Of a stretch of 64,000 bases of DNA, positions 1 through 20,070 are shown piece by piece (position 1 is the stretch's first letter; each line of letters opens with the position of its first letter). The translations under genes were made by a program, and so were the position numbers. The stretch comes from Eledone cirrhosa (taxonomy: Eukaryota): contig OZ024751.1 in the NCBI GenBank assembly GCA_964016885.1, positions 434,001-498,000 on the forward strand. Direction: 5' to 3'. The notes beneath the pieces are model-generated. The model was given only the letters and a program-made list of their open reading frames with translations. It had not been told where the DNA came from and made no database searches.

Positions 1-4685
<4,685 letters not shown>

Positions 4686-4687
4686 AT

Positions 4688-4705
4688 GTGTAGGCAACAC
4701 GGTAA

Positions 4706-4753
<48 letters not shown>

Positions 4754-4948
4754 GTATAGGCAACACGGTAAAAACCTCCCAGACCCACACTGTAAATGTG
4801 GTTGGTGTTAGGAAGGGCATCCAACTGTAGAAAACCTGCCAGACAGTCCTATGCGAGCAAGAAAATCACTCTTGCCTCAAGTGGGACTACCCCCGTCCAA
4901 ACCCATGCAAGCGTGGAACACGGACGTTAAACGTTGATGATGATGATG

Positions 4949-4950
<2 letters not shown>
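4688..4950 (+). mobile_element. 3' end fragment of RTE-clade LINE, (GAT)n tail
   Basis: Matches the 3' UTR of the RTE copy ending at 58276 (GGTGTTAGGAAGGGCATCC...CCCATGCAAGCGTGGAACA.GGACGTTAAACG + GAT repeats). Confidence 0.85.
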
Positions 4951-5920
<970 letters not shown>

Positions 5921-6203
5921 TAGGCAGTTCAATAGTACTGGTACAGATAGAAAGATAGGTATACTAGCAATCGGAGAAGCTGAAGAATTATAGAAGATTC
6001 GTAGTCATAAAATATTGAAACAAGATATACGTAGTGAGAGGTGTGTGTAGAGATAACCAGCCAGAGAGAGATTCAATATCACACACTTGTATGTATATAT
6101 ATAGAGAGAGAGAGATAGAGAGAGGGTATAAATATATAGAGAGAGAGAGACAGGCAGAAGAGTATGTGTATATTATACATATAAAAATGAAAATAATCAG
6201 CTC

Positions 6204-6259
<56 letters not shown>

Positions 6260-6798
6260 AGAGAGAGAGAGGGAGAGAGAGATGTGAAGGTGAGACTGAG
6301 AACAAAGAGAGGTTTGGTTGTTAAGTGACAGCGGCGGTGAAGACGACACTGTGGTGGTAGAAATGACAGATCTATGGAGGAGAGAGATACACAACTAAAA
6401 GGACAGTGTCTCTTGGCATAGAACACCATTGACCATCACCTAAAGTGTCTACAAGACAGACAGATAGATAAACAACAAGAAAGATATATGATGGCTGTGC
6501 TGCTTACGTTTACAAAATGTAAATGTAATGACTTACACGGAACCATGGTGTGGTCGTGGTGGTCATTCGGTCGAGCGAGGAAAAAGAGATTATGACAGGA
6601 ACAGAATCAAACGATGGAGGCAAGAATAGTAGAGATGTCAAATATAGATAGAGTGTGTATATGTATAGACATACAGACAGAAAAGATGGGAGATATATAG
6701 AGAGACGTTGTTAAAGATAGGTTTATAATAAGGTGTGTGAGTGTGTATATATATATAGAAAGAGAAGGAGGATATAGGGACGTTGTCAAAGATACATA

Positions 6799-6846
<48 letters not shown>

Positions 6847-6852
<6 letters not shown>

Positions 6853-7020
6853 ACATTAAATAAATGGAAACTATATTTATAAAACCATATTTATTTTATT
6901 ATATATATTTCAAGCGTACCAAGACAACATTGGTACGCTTTCATCAGATAAAATACAAAGTTTGTTTTATAAATAGAGACGTACCCATGAAAATGATACC
7001 TTATCGGTTGGAAATTCACT
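6847..7020 (-). mobile_element. Terminal (pLTR) fragment of the PLE family seen at 42.4-48.2 kb
   Basis: AAATAAATGGAAACTATATTTATAAAACCATATTTATTT is shared with 42424-42462 and nearly so with 40347-40382. Sits in (TA)n. Confidence 0.8.
6875..6985 (-). ncRNA. Type I hammerhead ribozyme motif, intact core
   Basis: Minus strand: tattttat-CTGATGA(6947-6941)-aagcgtaccaa/tgttgtc/ttggtacgctt (perfect 11-bp stem II)-GAAA(6911-6908)-tatata-TA-ataaaata (stem I partner). Confidence 0.85.
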
Positions 7021-7277
7021 GGATATATACAGAGAGAGAGATTCGTGGACTTAATATAGACCGATAGATATAACGTTAACGTTATATATAGAGAGAAAAA
7101 GGTGTGTGTGTGTGTGTATGTATATATGGTGAAATTGTCAAAGATACTGTGTAACAATACGACACAAACATATATGTGTGTGTGTAAAAGGAAAGGAACC
7201 TGAGATGGAATAGAGAGATAGATTAGATTAATAGAAAGAGGACAAGCAATGATTGTGTGTATATATATATATATATA

Positions 7278-7365
7278 ACAAAGGAATTGTGGTAAGGAAC
7301 CAGATGGACCATAACGCACCAGAGTACTCAATACTTAGGTTAGTAGAGTGGGCCATACTTTTTCC
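7278..7365 (-). repeat. Short interspersed repeat (other copies 35595-35715, 62395-62508), probably a PLE 3' terminus
   Basis: GTGGTAAGGAACC.G.TGGACCATAACGCACCA.AGTACTCAATACTT occurs three times, always flanked by (TA)n. Confidence 0.65.
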
Positions 7366-8141
7366 TATATATATATACATACACTCGTATGTACCCTCAC
7401 CCTACGTATCTATATTAGTGGATTTAACGAGACTCTCTCGCTCCCTATATATATGTGTACTTATCTATCTATCGATATATGTACTTATCAATCTATCGAT
7501 ATATGTACTTATCAATCTATCGATATATCCAAATTTCTCTCAGCCTCCCTCTCTATATATATATTTATTTAATCAACTATCGTTATATGCCTTAGTCTCT
7601 CTCTCTATATATATATAGTCTCTCTCTCTATATATATATACTCCCTCTCTCTATATATTTATTTAATCATCTATCGTTATATGCCTGAGAGAGAGAGAGA
7701 GAGAGAGAGAGAGACTAACGATAGATGATTAAATAAACATATATAGAGAGGGAGGCTGATAGATCATCATCATCGTCATTTTACGTCCGCTCTTCCCTGC
7801 TTGCAAGGGTGGGATAGATATATATGTATATATCGTAAGAGAGAGAGATTTGGATATATCGATAGATAGATAAGTACATATATGGATAGATAGTACAATA
7901 GTGGCTTGTTGTCTAGTCCCAAATCGCCTCTGAGTGTGTAGCTCCAGTCGTGTCTTTCTCTTTTTATTCTTCAATACATAGTGTAAACCGAACTACATTA
8001 TCCTTTCTCGTAAGACAATAGGGTGTGATATGAAGGGAATTCGACTGCTATTTCTAGCTATTTGAGCAAACACGCAGAGGCGCCCCTAAGCGTGTGTACG
8101 CAGGGAAGACGAGATGGGTGTAAAGGAGCATTAGACACACC

Positions 8142-8172
<31 letters not shown>

Positions 8173-10813
8173 GTTGTGTATGTATGTATAAAAGAGAGGT
8201 GGGGGCATTACTTGCTATCAAGGCCCTTCTCTCTCTATCCAAGATAGACAAGTGCGTAGCAAGTGTGATGATGCACTAGCAGTAGATAGTGTAGTAGTAG
8301 TAGTAATAGTAATGGTGGTCTCCCAGCCTTCGTGCTGGTGACATGCTGGCTGGATAGGGAGTCGATGGCAAATTCAGCAAACATTAGGGGCCAACACAAG
8401 GTTTCGACCAGCCAACGGGGGAACCTGCCACAACGTAGTCATGTGATCTGTTACAAATACCAGTCAAATCTCCCTCCCTCCGGCACCAACGATCGGGAGG
8501 ACACGTTGAATGTGCTCCTAGGTCGTCGTAGTCCGAAGGAAAATGACGGGATGGTCATGGTTGGAACGCCAGATCTGCCAGATCAGGGTGACTTGGGACT
8601 AAACAACAACCACTACTACAATTACTAGGTTAAATGTTTGGTCTTAGCTTAAGTTCCTCAATATCAATCCTTTTATAAGAAACACTGGAAACTCGAGTCC
8701 CTTTCTTTCTCTATAATAAGACAGATTCACCCACACACATATATATACATGCACACACACACCATCGTTTAAGGTCCACCTTCCACGCTAGGATGAGTTA
8801 TATATATACATATATATACACGTATATACAACACAGACGCACATGAATGTATGCGTGTATATCTATATATATATACATACATAGACATACGCGTGTATAT
8901 ACTAACATAAACGTCTACACGAAAGTACATACACAGAAATAAGGGAGAGAGTAACAAAGTAGGTTAAAAGGAAAGGGGGGGGGTATCAGGCTGGTTGGCT
9001 GGTGTTCCAAAATTAGAAGAAATCGTCCAAATATTTCGATTAAGGGATAGAGAAGTCTCACAAGATATTTAGTTTTAAGAAAGTGTTAATATGGTCGGCC
9101 TTTGAAGGAGAGAATAAAGAGAGCCATTATTAGATAGGCAGGAGGATCCAGTGTGTGTGTATACTAAGTGTCCCCCTGTGTAACACTACCAAGAAAACAG
9201 CTTATGTTCCCCTAGTTGGACAAGGAATATTGGGAGACCATAACCATATGAGTACAACGTAGATGGGTAAACATGTGCGGTAGAGACGAGAATATTAAAA
9301 CTAATACTAACACAACCTCCAGTTTCCACAAGGGGGTGGCCTTTACAAACAAATGGACTATATACACACTGGTATAAACGGACTATATACACTTACATCC
9401 ATATACACACACTGGTATAAACGAACTATATACACTTACATTCATGCACATACACTGATATAAACGTACATGTACACACAATCAGAATTAAACGAAACAG
9501 CACACGCACATATACAGGAACAAACACGCATACACTATATATATATGATTCAATGTAAGTATAAAGCTAGCTTATACACACAATATATATATATACATGG
9601 GAAAAGTTACACAATATACATGCATACACACACACAGAGATATATATCTCTACACATACGATTCGCCATATATATATATATATATATACACAGGAACAAA
9701 TCCTCACATATATATATATATACGATTCACATTAAACAAAAAGACATCACACACACACACTATATATATGTGTTAGATATACATATAGAGACTTGTGTCC
9801 AGAGAGATTAGACCAGAAAAGAAGATATTTGAGATGACCAGGCAGTGTATATGAGGGTCTGTGTTGGTCAGTTGTGGTTTTATGTAACACCTAACGTAAT
9901 AGGACCCTCCCCAACCAGGGATAGGACTGGACAGTGAAATTTTGGCCATGGGCTCTCAAACTACAATTTCAAAAAATATATTTAACATACAATGTGACAG
10001 TCTTTGAGAGATGTTTTTTTTTTAATATTTTTTTATATTTTTTGTTTTTTTTAAATATATATATATATATATTCTTTCTCTACGTGTCTGTTGTCTCGAC
10101 TCCAGTGTTTATTTAGGGTCTCCCGAGGTGACAACCGGCTCTAGCCCTTACTCTACTCTCGCTATATATTTCACATATTAGAAAACACTGGCTGGAATAT
10201 AATGTTAGTCCAAGTAAACCAACTTGACTGACCAAGCTATCACTAAAATTAAGGTGAATATTTAGTTGTGCAGGGTGGATGAGGGCAAAAAGATATGGGA
10301 CTGTGTATTTTCAACTAAGTCGATGACAATTAGAGAGAAATCAAGTTGACGGCCATATTGGGGGAAGACTAGTGTCTTGATGGCATTTTCTGTTTTGATC
10401 ATGCAAAGATGTCTTTTGTGGAGGGCTGGATGGTATATAAGGACTACAAATATAGACGGACACAGACTTTATGGATCCACCTCCTTGAAAACAACCTTTC
10501 CGACAACAAATAACAGAACGAAAAGATTAGAACCGTATATGATATTAAGTGTTAATTGTAGGAAAACCAGACAAGAAGAGAATATTATTGTAAGCCATTA
10601 AGAGAAAACGATGATAAAAATCAATGGTTTCGTCGTAGATTATTGAAAATACCATAAAGAAGAGATAAAAGCAAGAGGAAAAGGTTTGTTATTTGTGAAA
10701 CAATCAACGATGTCGGCCATGATGTGAGAGAGAAAGGTAAAAAAAAATCTAGACTGAAGTAACAAACACTGAGGACAGGAGAGATGGTAGCAATATACAT
10801 ACATATATGTGTG

Positions 10814-10845
<32 letters not shown>

Positions 10846-10950
10846 CATAAATATATATATATATATATATATACATATATATAAATATATAAACATATAT
10901 ATAAATAATGTGTGTGTATGTGAGAGGGAAAGAGTAAGACCACGACTTAC

Positions 10951-10991
10951 CTCCGGTTCGGGTTTCGCTGGTGACCGCTTGGTTTTTGGAG
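10951..10991 (-). CDS. Candidate 41-nt internal exon of an unidentified host gene, (A)[13 protein letters not shown]
   Basis: Strong acceptor ttcttttgtattttcag and donor GAG|gtaagt. Non-repetitive, open frame, phase-compatible with the exon at 11268-11404. Confidence 0.5.
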
Positions 10992-11267
10992 CTGAAAATA
11001 CAAAAGAAGGCCATTTGTGTTAATGTAAAGTTAAGTTGGAGAACATTTATATAACCAGTAAAACACAAGTGCCATTCATAGCACTACTGAAGGGGGCTCA
11101 TGTCTTGTATATTTATTTATATATATACAAGGGGGTCTCCACCCTGTAACTTTCTCTCAAAAAGGGGAGCAGCGATGGCAACGGAATTAAGAGGGGGTGG
11201 TTGGATCAGAACTTGATCAACATAAACAGTGGATGAAACTAATGGACAAGTGTATGTGTGTGTCTAC

Positions 11268-11404
11268 CTTTAAAAACAGTTTCTGTCATCGGTAAAGATG
11301 GACAGTTTAGAAATAAACTAGGATCTGACATGGAACCATTGAGAGTCTCTCTTCTCAAGTCGAATGGAGGTCGTGACACGTTAAATTTGCATACTGTCCG
11401 GAAG
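11268..11404 (-). CDS. Candidate 137-nt internal exon, FRTVCKFNVSRPPFDLRRETLNGSMSDPSLFLNCPSLPMTETVFK
   Basis: Acceptor ctgacctttttttaatattattttttaag, donor AAG|gtagac. 45 open codons; phase-1 end joins the next exon as G+CT=Ala. No recognisable domain. Confidence 0.4.
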
Positions 11405-11659
11405 CTTAAAAAATAATATTAAAAAAAGGTCAGGTAGTTGTTTAAGAAAAAGGGAAAAAAACCTCGACTAGTTTTATTTCATTTTAATTTTTTTCCCTGG
11501 GGAAACAGCGAGAGAAAGAGAATGTTGTAAGATAAGGTGGAGAACATTGATGGATAGTGAATGTGGTAGAGACATGTTTAAAGACGGAAAGAGTTTTAGA
11601 CAATGACTGGTGGGGATGATCGTTGTCGTAGTCTGTATTAAATGATATATAGTTAAAGC

Positions 11660-11852
11660 CTCATGGTGATTATATATGTGTGTGTATATATATATAGACA
11701 GAGAGAGAAGTGTCTGTATGTGTGTGTCTATATATATATATATGAGAGAAGTGCGTATGCGTGAGTGTATATATGTGATTGTGTGTGTGTATGTATATAT
11801 ATATAAATATATATATGAGAGAAGTGTGTATGCGTGAGTGTATATATGTGAT

Positions 11853-11918
<66 letters not shown>

Positions 11919-14830
11919 GTGTATGCGTGAGTGTATATATGTCAGTGTGTGTATGTATATGCATATATATATATAGAGAGAGAGAGAAGTGTGTCTATAT
12001 GTGATTGTGTGTGTATATATATATATAATTTGCTGAACATATCTCGAAGGTTGAATAACATTTGTTAAGATGTTTGACTGGAAATAAGATCTTAGAAGAA
12101 ACCACAATTTGTTTACTCTAATCTACACTATTCAACCGTTTAATATATACTGCAAACCTACTGAGTGTATATACATGTATGAGTATATAGACGTGATGTG
12201 TGTAGGTGTAGATGTTTTCGTTAATATTTAGCAGCGATACGATAAAGGTGCCTTTTGTAAATATAAGAACATAAGAGAGCCTCACACACGAGTGTCCAGT
12301 GTGTATATATACACAATCGTGTGTCTGTGAATGCGAGTGAATGGTATGTGTGTATATATATATAAATGTATAGATATATGCAATCGAGTATGTGTGAATG
12401 CGAATGTACGTATGTATGTATCTATGTGTGTATATATACGAAGATATCTGTGTGTGTGTATATCTATGTCTGTACGTATGCATATCTATGGGTCTTTGTA
12501 CCTATGTATGTATGCATATCTATCTGTGTGTATATATAAATGTACGTATATATCTGTGTATATCTATCTATGTGTGTGTATATATATGAACGTATATATG
12601 TCTGTATATCTATCTATGTGTGTGTATATATATGAACGTATATATGTCTGTGTATATCTATCTATCTATGTGTGTGTATATATATATCTGTGTATATCCA
12701 TCTATCTATGAACGTATATATGTCTGTGTATATCTATCTATGTGTGTATATATATGAACGTATATATGTCTGTGTATATCTATCTATCTATGTGTGTGTA
12801 TATATATATCTGTGTATATCTATCTATCTATGTGTGTATATATATGAACGTATATAATACGATCGGCCATGTTAGATGGAGTAGCTGGTGGTTTATTGAT
12901 TTGGTAAAATATTGAGTGGAAGATAGAAATATTAGAGGCCAGATGATATAAAAGACACTAATATTTCATGGATACCAGCTAAATGTAGGGATTTGTGTAA
13001 AATAAAGTAGAAAACAGGAGAGATCCTCCATAATAAAGAGGGTTAGTGTTAATAACGAACAGTAGTTGCTGCCACGAGTGGTCTTACGTGTGTGTGTGTA
13101 TATATATGTGTGTAGTTTTGTTGGAGCTTATATATATGTGTGTGTGTATTTTTATTTGAGCTTTATATATACGTGTGTGTATATATATATAAATATATAT
13201 TCATGTGTGCGTGATTTCGTTATATACAATGTATGTGTAGTCGTGTTATATACAACGTGTGTATGTGTCGGGAGAGTCATTGTATGAAAATCTATCTGTA
13301 CTCAATACATGTGTGTTGTGTTATATTCAAAGTGTGTAGGTATATAGTCGTTATATAAAATCTGTATGTCTATAGTCGAGGGGGGGGGGGGGTATAGAGT
13401 CCTTGTGTAAAATCTGTCTGTTCTACATATATATATATATATGTGTGTGTTTTCATTATATAAAATGTGTATGTCGGTATAGTCCTTGTATAAAATCTAT
13501 GTCTAAAGTCAATAAATATATATATGCGTGTGTATGTATGTGTAGTCGTGTTATATTCAGTGTATATAATCTGTCTCTCCCTCTCTATATATATGTGTGT
13601 GTGTGTATGTAATCGTGTTATATTCAATGTGTCGGCATATAGTCATATAAAATCTGTCTACAATGGTTGTGTAAAATGTAACTATAGTTATATACATTGT
13701 AAGTGTATAGTCGTTATATAAAATGTGTGTATAGTTATGTATGTCTACAACTGTTATATAAATGGTGTCTTTAGTCAACTACAATGGTGTAATCGTCATA
13801 TATAATCTGTGTGTGTCTATCGTATTATATACAATGTGTGTAGTCGTCACATAGAATGTGTGTGTATAGTCGTTATATACACTCCGTGGCTGTATACTCG
13901 CTATATACGATCTGTGTGTATACATTTGCTATATACAATCTGTCCCTACAGTCGTTATATACGAAGTGTGTGTATAGTCGTTATATACACTCCGTGGCTG
14001 TATACTCGCTATATACGATCTGTGTGTATACATTTGCTATATACAATCTGTTCCTACAGTCGTTATATACGAAGTGTGTGTATAGTCGTTATATACATGC
14101 AATCTGTGTGTGTATATAGTCCTTATATACAATGTGTGTAGTCGTAATATATAATCAGTGTATATATGGTCGTAATATATAATCTGTGTATATATGGTCG
14201 TTATATATAATGTGTCTGTGTATAGTCGTTATATATAGTTTGTGTGTGTGTACGGTGGTTATATATAGTCTGTGTGTACAATCGTTATATAAAATCTGTA
14301 AAAGTGTTTAGTCGTTATATATAATCTGTGTCTGTGTGTACAATCGTTATATACAATGTGTGTATATAGTCGTTATATGTATATATATATATATTCTCTG
14401 TGTGTGTACAATCGTTATATACAATATGTGTGTATATAGTCGTTATATACAATATGTATGTATAGTCGATATATATATATATATATATATATAATCTGTG
14501 TGTGTATGGTCGTTATGTATAATCTGTGTATAGTCGATATATATAATCTGTTTGTGTGTATATAGACGTTATATACAATGTGTGTAAGGTCGTTATATAT
14601 AATCTGTGTGTATATACAGTCGGTATATACAATATGTATGAATGGTCGGTATAAATAATCTGTATGTATGTGTGGTCGATATATATATATACTGTGTTTG
14701 TGTGTATATAGTCGTTATATACAATATGTGCGTATGGTCGGTATATATAATCTGTGTGTATGGCCGATATATATAATCTCTATGTATATACAGTCGGTAT
14801 ATACAATATGTATGTATGGTTGATATATAC
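11660..14830. repeat. Degenerate TG/TA-rich minisatellite region, including ~98-bp tandem duplication at 13858-14095
   Basis: Recurrent GTCGTTATATA..ATCTGTGTG and TATCTATCTATGTGTG units. Confidence 0.8.
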
Positions 14831-15169
14831 TCTGTTTGTGTGTATATAATCTATGGCTGTGTCCTCTCAGTAAACGACCGCCTCGGAGTGGGTAAATCCC
14901 AGGTAAAAACATAATAAATACCTTTAAAAGCGTTTCGAGGCATCGCTGAAAATGAATATTCGACGGATTGTGAATTTTTCCTTTGTAGAAGCATGAGTTC
15001 TTCAAGTACGGAGCAAATGTATAGTTAAAGTCTGTTGCAGATAGTGTCGTAGCGACAAATGATGATGGCTGGCTGTGTGTGTGTAAACTATGTGTGTAGT
15101 AGTAGTGCTGTGTATAGCAGTAAATGTGTAGAGGTGATGTGCGTATGTGAGAGAGTGTGTGTAAGTGTA

Positions 15170-16410
15170 GCAGCGAGGAAGAAAAACTAGAGAAAGAAGG
15201 GGAGGTGAATAGGAAATAGCACCGGAGAGCGAGGTTGAGTGGCAGTAGTAGAAGGAGGAGTGGCGGAGAGAAAGAGTGAAACATGTGAGGGTGAGATGAG
15301 AGATAAAGAAGAATGTAGTAACGAGTGAGTGAAAACGGGGAATATAGTAAAAGAATGATAAAGAGAAATAGAGAGAATAAGACAAAAAGGTAAATATCAT
15401 AAAAGAATTGGGAGAAAGAATAAGAGGAGAAAGTAAATATCGTAAAAGAATGATAAGGAGAGACAGAGTAAGAATAAGAGGAGAAAGTAAATATAGTAAA
15501 AGAATGAGATAGAGAGAGAATAAGAGGAGAATATAAATCTAGTAAGAGAATGAGAATGTGAGAGAGAGAGAGAGAGAGAGTGGGAATAAGAGGAGAACAA
15601 GGATATTATAGTAACAATGAAGAGAGAGAGTGAAAGGGGGAAAAGATGAGAACGGGGATATAGTAAAGGAATAAGGAGAAAGAGAATAAGAACGAAAATA
15701 TAGTGAAAGAATGAGGAGAGAGAGAGAATAGAAGAACAGAGATATAGTAAAATAATAAAAAGGCGAGAGAGAGAATAAGAGGAGAACGTAAATAGAGTAA
15801 AAGTGAGGAGAAAGTGGGGGGAATAGGAGAATGGGGATATAGGGAAAGAATAGGAATGAGAAAGAGGGTGAATAGTAGGGGAAAAGAAAATAAATAGAGT
15901 GATAGAGTTAGAGAGAGAGTGAATAGAAGGAGCAGAGGAAAAATAGTAAAAGAAATAATAAGAGGAGAATGAGGAAGACCACCATAGCGAGTAAGAGTGG
16001 TGATATAGTAAAAGAGTAAGAGGGAGAGAATGAGGAAGGGTAGTAGAAGTGGAAGAGTGGTGATATAGTAAAAAGTGTAAAAGAGGAAGAATGAGTAGTA
16101 ATATAGTAGAGGAGTAAGAGAGGAAGTATAATGATATAGTAGAAGAGTAAGAGTGGCGATATAATAGAAGAGGAAGTGAGGGAGAGAATGAGAAAGAGAG
16201 GCGATATAGTTGAAGTGGAGGAGGAGAAATAGATCATATAAGAGCGAAATAGAGAGGAAGATAACAACGTGAAAGAGACAGGAGGAGACAACTGAGAAGG
16301 AAAAAAAAGGCAAGATAAAGAGAGAAGCAGTAAAGAAAAAGAGAGTGAAAGACAATGAGAGTGGGAGGGATATGTGGGTTGAGAGTGATAGTAGTAGTAG
16401 AAGAAGACGA
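15170..16410. repeat. Purine-rich (GA/AAG) low-complexity tract
   Basis: About 1.2 kb dominated by A/G on the + strand with recurring GATATAGTAAAAGAATGAG. Confidence 0.8.
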
Positions 16411-17110
16411 CTGTCCTTACAGTAATGGAAAAGGTGAGCGGTTGTAGGTGTCTGCTTTATTTTATGTTGTATTTGAGATCGAGGAGAGACTTGGTGGTCT
16501 TTTCTTACAGTAAGTGGATCTTGGTTGTTTAGTTCGTCAATGTTTTAAAACAACATAGTGCCATAGACCCACGTTAATTGTAGATAGCCACAGCCCCTTT
16601 CTTCTTCCAGTTTCTGTACATGTCTCCAAATAAAAACAGTTTCCAATGCTTAAATGACTTTAGCAACAATTATTACATCTCCAGATCATCTAAAATTAAT
16701 TGTACGAAAAACGAATTCATACCCCGAGAAAACGACACAAAACATATTTTTCTATTTATCAAATTAGCTTTTATTTATTTATCCATTTAGTTAGGATATG
16801 AACGTCATTCAGGGTGACAAACATTCGTTTCCTCTCAGTTTGGTGATTTGAACCACACAAATCGTATATTTGGGTCGAGCTTGACACAGATTCTATACAG
16901 AAAAATATTATATATATATATTAATCCAAGTATCGAGTACTCTGAGTAATGGTCTAACTAGTTTTAAACTGTTTCTATAGTTTATATATATATATAATTG
17001 TCTTATGTTGTTTATTATATAACTAAATAGCTCAGTAGCCTACATGGAGCATTCTCCTTTCCTTTACCTTTCCTACGGAAACAATACATATATATATATA
17101 TATATACATC

Positions 17111-17150
17111 CCGAGCTGAAGATCCGCGAAGGTTAAACAATTGTTCTCGG
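17111..17150 (+). ncRNA. Degenerate minimal hammerhead motif
   Basis: ccgag-CTGAAGA-tccgcgaaggt-TAAA (expected GAAA)-caattg-TT-ctcgg. Perfect 5-bp stem I and palindromic stem III; between TA tracts. Confidence 0.55.
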
Positions 17151-18316
17151 TATGGTGAACTAACTGTTGTGTAACCACTTCTATATATATATATATATAT
17201 ATTTGTTCGGGATAAGCAGAAAATTAACTGGATTTTTCAAATGTCATCTTGGTATTATCCGTGTAGTAAAGTGCCCAATTTTTCTTCTTTTTTTTGTGTA
17301 TGTGAATCTAAATTCACAATATTTGGGGACCGAATTTAAAATTAACTTCGATTAGAGACGACTGATTGTAGCAGTGTTCTGTTTTCTTACTGCTGTTGCT
17401 ACACCTGACCTAAATGTCTGGTTCCATGCAAACATTTTCACTGGCTGAACTAAAAGGTATCATGAAATCTACTGGAGGGGACGACTGTATCGTAGCTTGA
17501 TTTTTAAACGATGTACGATCGGATTTGGTTTCCCTTCTGTGAGTCTTAATCTGCTGTATTCTTTATATTTATCTCCGTGTGTGGTTTAATCAATGGAAGC
17601 GAACTTCAGTTCTATGAAGGGAGGTTTATTATATGTTAATGTCAAGGCCACAACATTCTCTAGTTCGATGTCAGCTTTTAATTATACAACACGTAACCCA
17701 AATTGTTTCAAATCCATGTTATTGAATACCTGGAGTGCCTTGGTAATATCACCAAACTATATTTTAATCAACCCTCGAAAGTACATCCAACAGATTATTT
17801 ATAACTACCTCATGTGTTCGCTTGGGTTTTTTGTTTGTTTGTTTCTTTTTTTTTTGGGGGGGGGGGGGTAAATCGAGTTTGTTTTTGTTTTTATGAATAA
17901 CTAAAAAAAACTAAATTCGATATTAAAATCATGTCATCTCCCTCTCCAATGTATTGTATAAATCTTAAATTTCTCAATGAAAACATCTATTGACTACACT
18001 TACACTTAAGTCTTGTCAAATTCTACAAACTGTAGCTAATTGTAGTGTACCTGCTCTTCCTACTGTATCTCCTCTTTCGTGGCAACTATGAATATAAATA
18101 TATACTTGTAGGGAGACAGAGCCCAACGGCTGAGTTCTTGCCGTTTCGACAGCAAATTTATATATACATATGCACACACACATATATATACGTGTGGTAT
18201 AACGAAGTTTTACTTTTAAATGTTTTTATTATACTAATCGTTATATTTGTTTCACAAATGGTTGATTACTATAAAAACATTTTAAGGTGAAACTTCGCTA
18301 TATCACATAATATATA

Positions 18317-18416
18317 CAGGGTGTCCTCCCAAAATGCATACATACTTTGATTACCTGTACAGGCAATATTTATTAGAATGGTGTTGAAGTATGTATATAT
18401 TTTGGGGGACATCCTG
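18317..18416. mobile_element. 100-bp Tc1/mariner-type MITE
   Basis: Imperfect ~30-bp TIRs CAGGGTGTCCTCCCAAAATGCATACATACTT / AAGTATGTATATATTTTGGGGGACATCCTG, flanked by TA. Confidence 0.75.
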
Positions 18417-18692
18417 TATATATAGAGAGACTCTGCTGTAGCATCGAGTGCTCACATTGGTACCATTTCTGTCTCACGCAGTCGAAGAATCTATTTGAAA
18501 CAGTGAAAAGAAACTGACTGATTAATAAGGTGTTTCAGCGAGACACAGATACGCCGTCTGTTTCTTATCTTCTTTCCACCACTTGCTGTCGTCTATCTTC
18601 TATTTATACATAATCAGTCTGTGGTGCCCGTTCTTGCTTATTGCCATCACGTGTAATACCACGAGACACACTTCTTCACACGCATACATACA

Positions 18693-19148
18693 TATAACAA
18701 GCAAGCGGGGAATAAAGTAATCAATTTAACATCTTCACACGTGACGCGCAGTCGATCAGATCTAGGTATGATTGGTCACGATTGGGCCTGGCCAAGAGAA
18801 ATTTTGCAAGGTGGTACAAGACGCCTTTGGGGCCCAAAGCAGACAAGACTTTTCTCAAAATGGATATTGCATGGTTGCTATGGGGCCTTTTTAGCTTTTG
18901 GGCCATGGAACGAAGTACCAGCTGGACCCCACCTCTCACACGCCCTGGGCTGGAAATTTGGGTGGCACGGATAGTTCCAGTGATTGGTGTACTCTCTTAC
19001 ACTAGAAACTCCATGCAGCTGAGGAGCTATAGATTCCAGAGACAGGTCCAATCATACCTTGAGCTGATCGATTGTGAAACGCATGTCATGTGTGAATAGA
19101 ATATATATAAGATGCTAAATTGACACTTCATCCACTCTTGCTTATTAT
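18693..19148. mobile_element. Old MITE-like element with long imperfect inverted repeats
   Basis: CAGTCGATCAGATCTAGGTATGATTGG (~18749-18775) vs CCAATCATACCTTGAGCTGATCGATTG (~19048-19074); complementarity continues outward. Confidence 0.55.
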
Positions 19149-19769
19149 TAACACAGCATGTTACAGCTACCTTTAACTAGTGACAATAGAAACAGCGAAT
19201 ACTACAGTGGTAGCTGGATCCATGTAACAGCATAGAGTTCTCAAACTGGTGAACCATCCAGTAACTTAACGTCACACACCAACCAACTATATATACAGGG
19301 TGACTGAGTTCTTTGGGGACATGTCTTTTCATAGCTCTAACTTTTTTATGATTTGTTCTGATTAATATTTCTTTCCAGAGAACTGATGACAGACATGAAG
19401 CTAACTCCGCATATGCAAAGGCACAACATAGTGATTTAGGGATTGCTCCAGAAGTGTAACAAGGGAAATAGCGCCTGTGGCAAACATTAAAACTGCCCCT
19501 TTCAAGTGCCGCCCATGGCACGTACCATACTTGCCCTAACCTAGATATGCCTATTGCTCGCTTCCTGCATGGTTGTTTGTTGTCAAAGTTCACAAAGAGA
19601 AAGTCAATTAGCACCATTGATAGGTAGCTCAAAGTTTCAAAGCAGACTATTGACTGAATTGCGCATGCGGACATTCGATACTCGGCATCAAATCTCACAA
19701 GTGCAAGTCTAAGATCATCTTCTGTCCATTTCATTAACACCATGTCTGAGTTGAGGGTAAAGAAATGTA

Positions 19770-20070
19770 ACTAAATACCACTACTATGACACTGTACCAC
19801 TAAATACCACCACTGGTCAATTGACATTGTACCCCTAAATACCACCATCGGTCAACTGTGATACTATACCACTAAATACCACCACTGGTCAACTGTGACA
19901 CTACCACTAAATACCACCACTGGTCAACTACGTGACACTGTACCACTAAATACCACCACTGGTCAACTATGTGACACTGTACCACTAAATACCACGACTG
20001 GTCAACTGTGACACTGTAAATACCACCAGAGGTCAACTGTGTAACACTGTACCACTAAATATCACCACAA
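19770..20070. repeat. ~32-bp minisatellite, about 9 units
   Basis: Unit ACTGTGACACTGTACCACTAAATACCACCACTGGTCA with variants; decayed copies continue to ~20380. Confidence 0.9.

Noticed and set aside
8300-8628. GC-richer unique segment with a 98-aa ORF, possible terminal exon
   Set aside because: No recognisable motif; the candidate minus-strand acceptor gives early stops in all three frames, so it cannot be linked to the 11-kb exons.
15002-16355. Hydrophobic Phe/Leu/Ser ORFs resembling membrane proteins
   Set aside because: Antisense translation of a purine-rich low-complexity tract.
17420-17560. ~50 open codons on the minus strand
   Set aside because: Weak acceptor, no recognisable homology; compatible with chance.
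19770-20070. CRISPR-like ~32-bp periodicity
   Set aside because: Units are contiguous with no unique spacers, no cas genes, eukaryotic context: a minisatellite.
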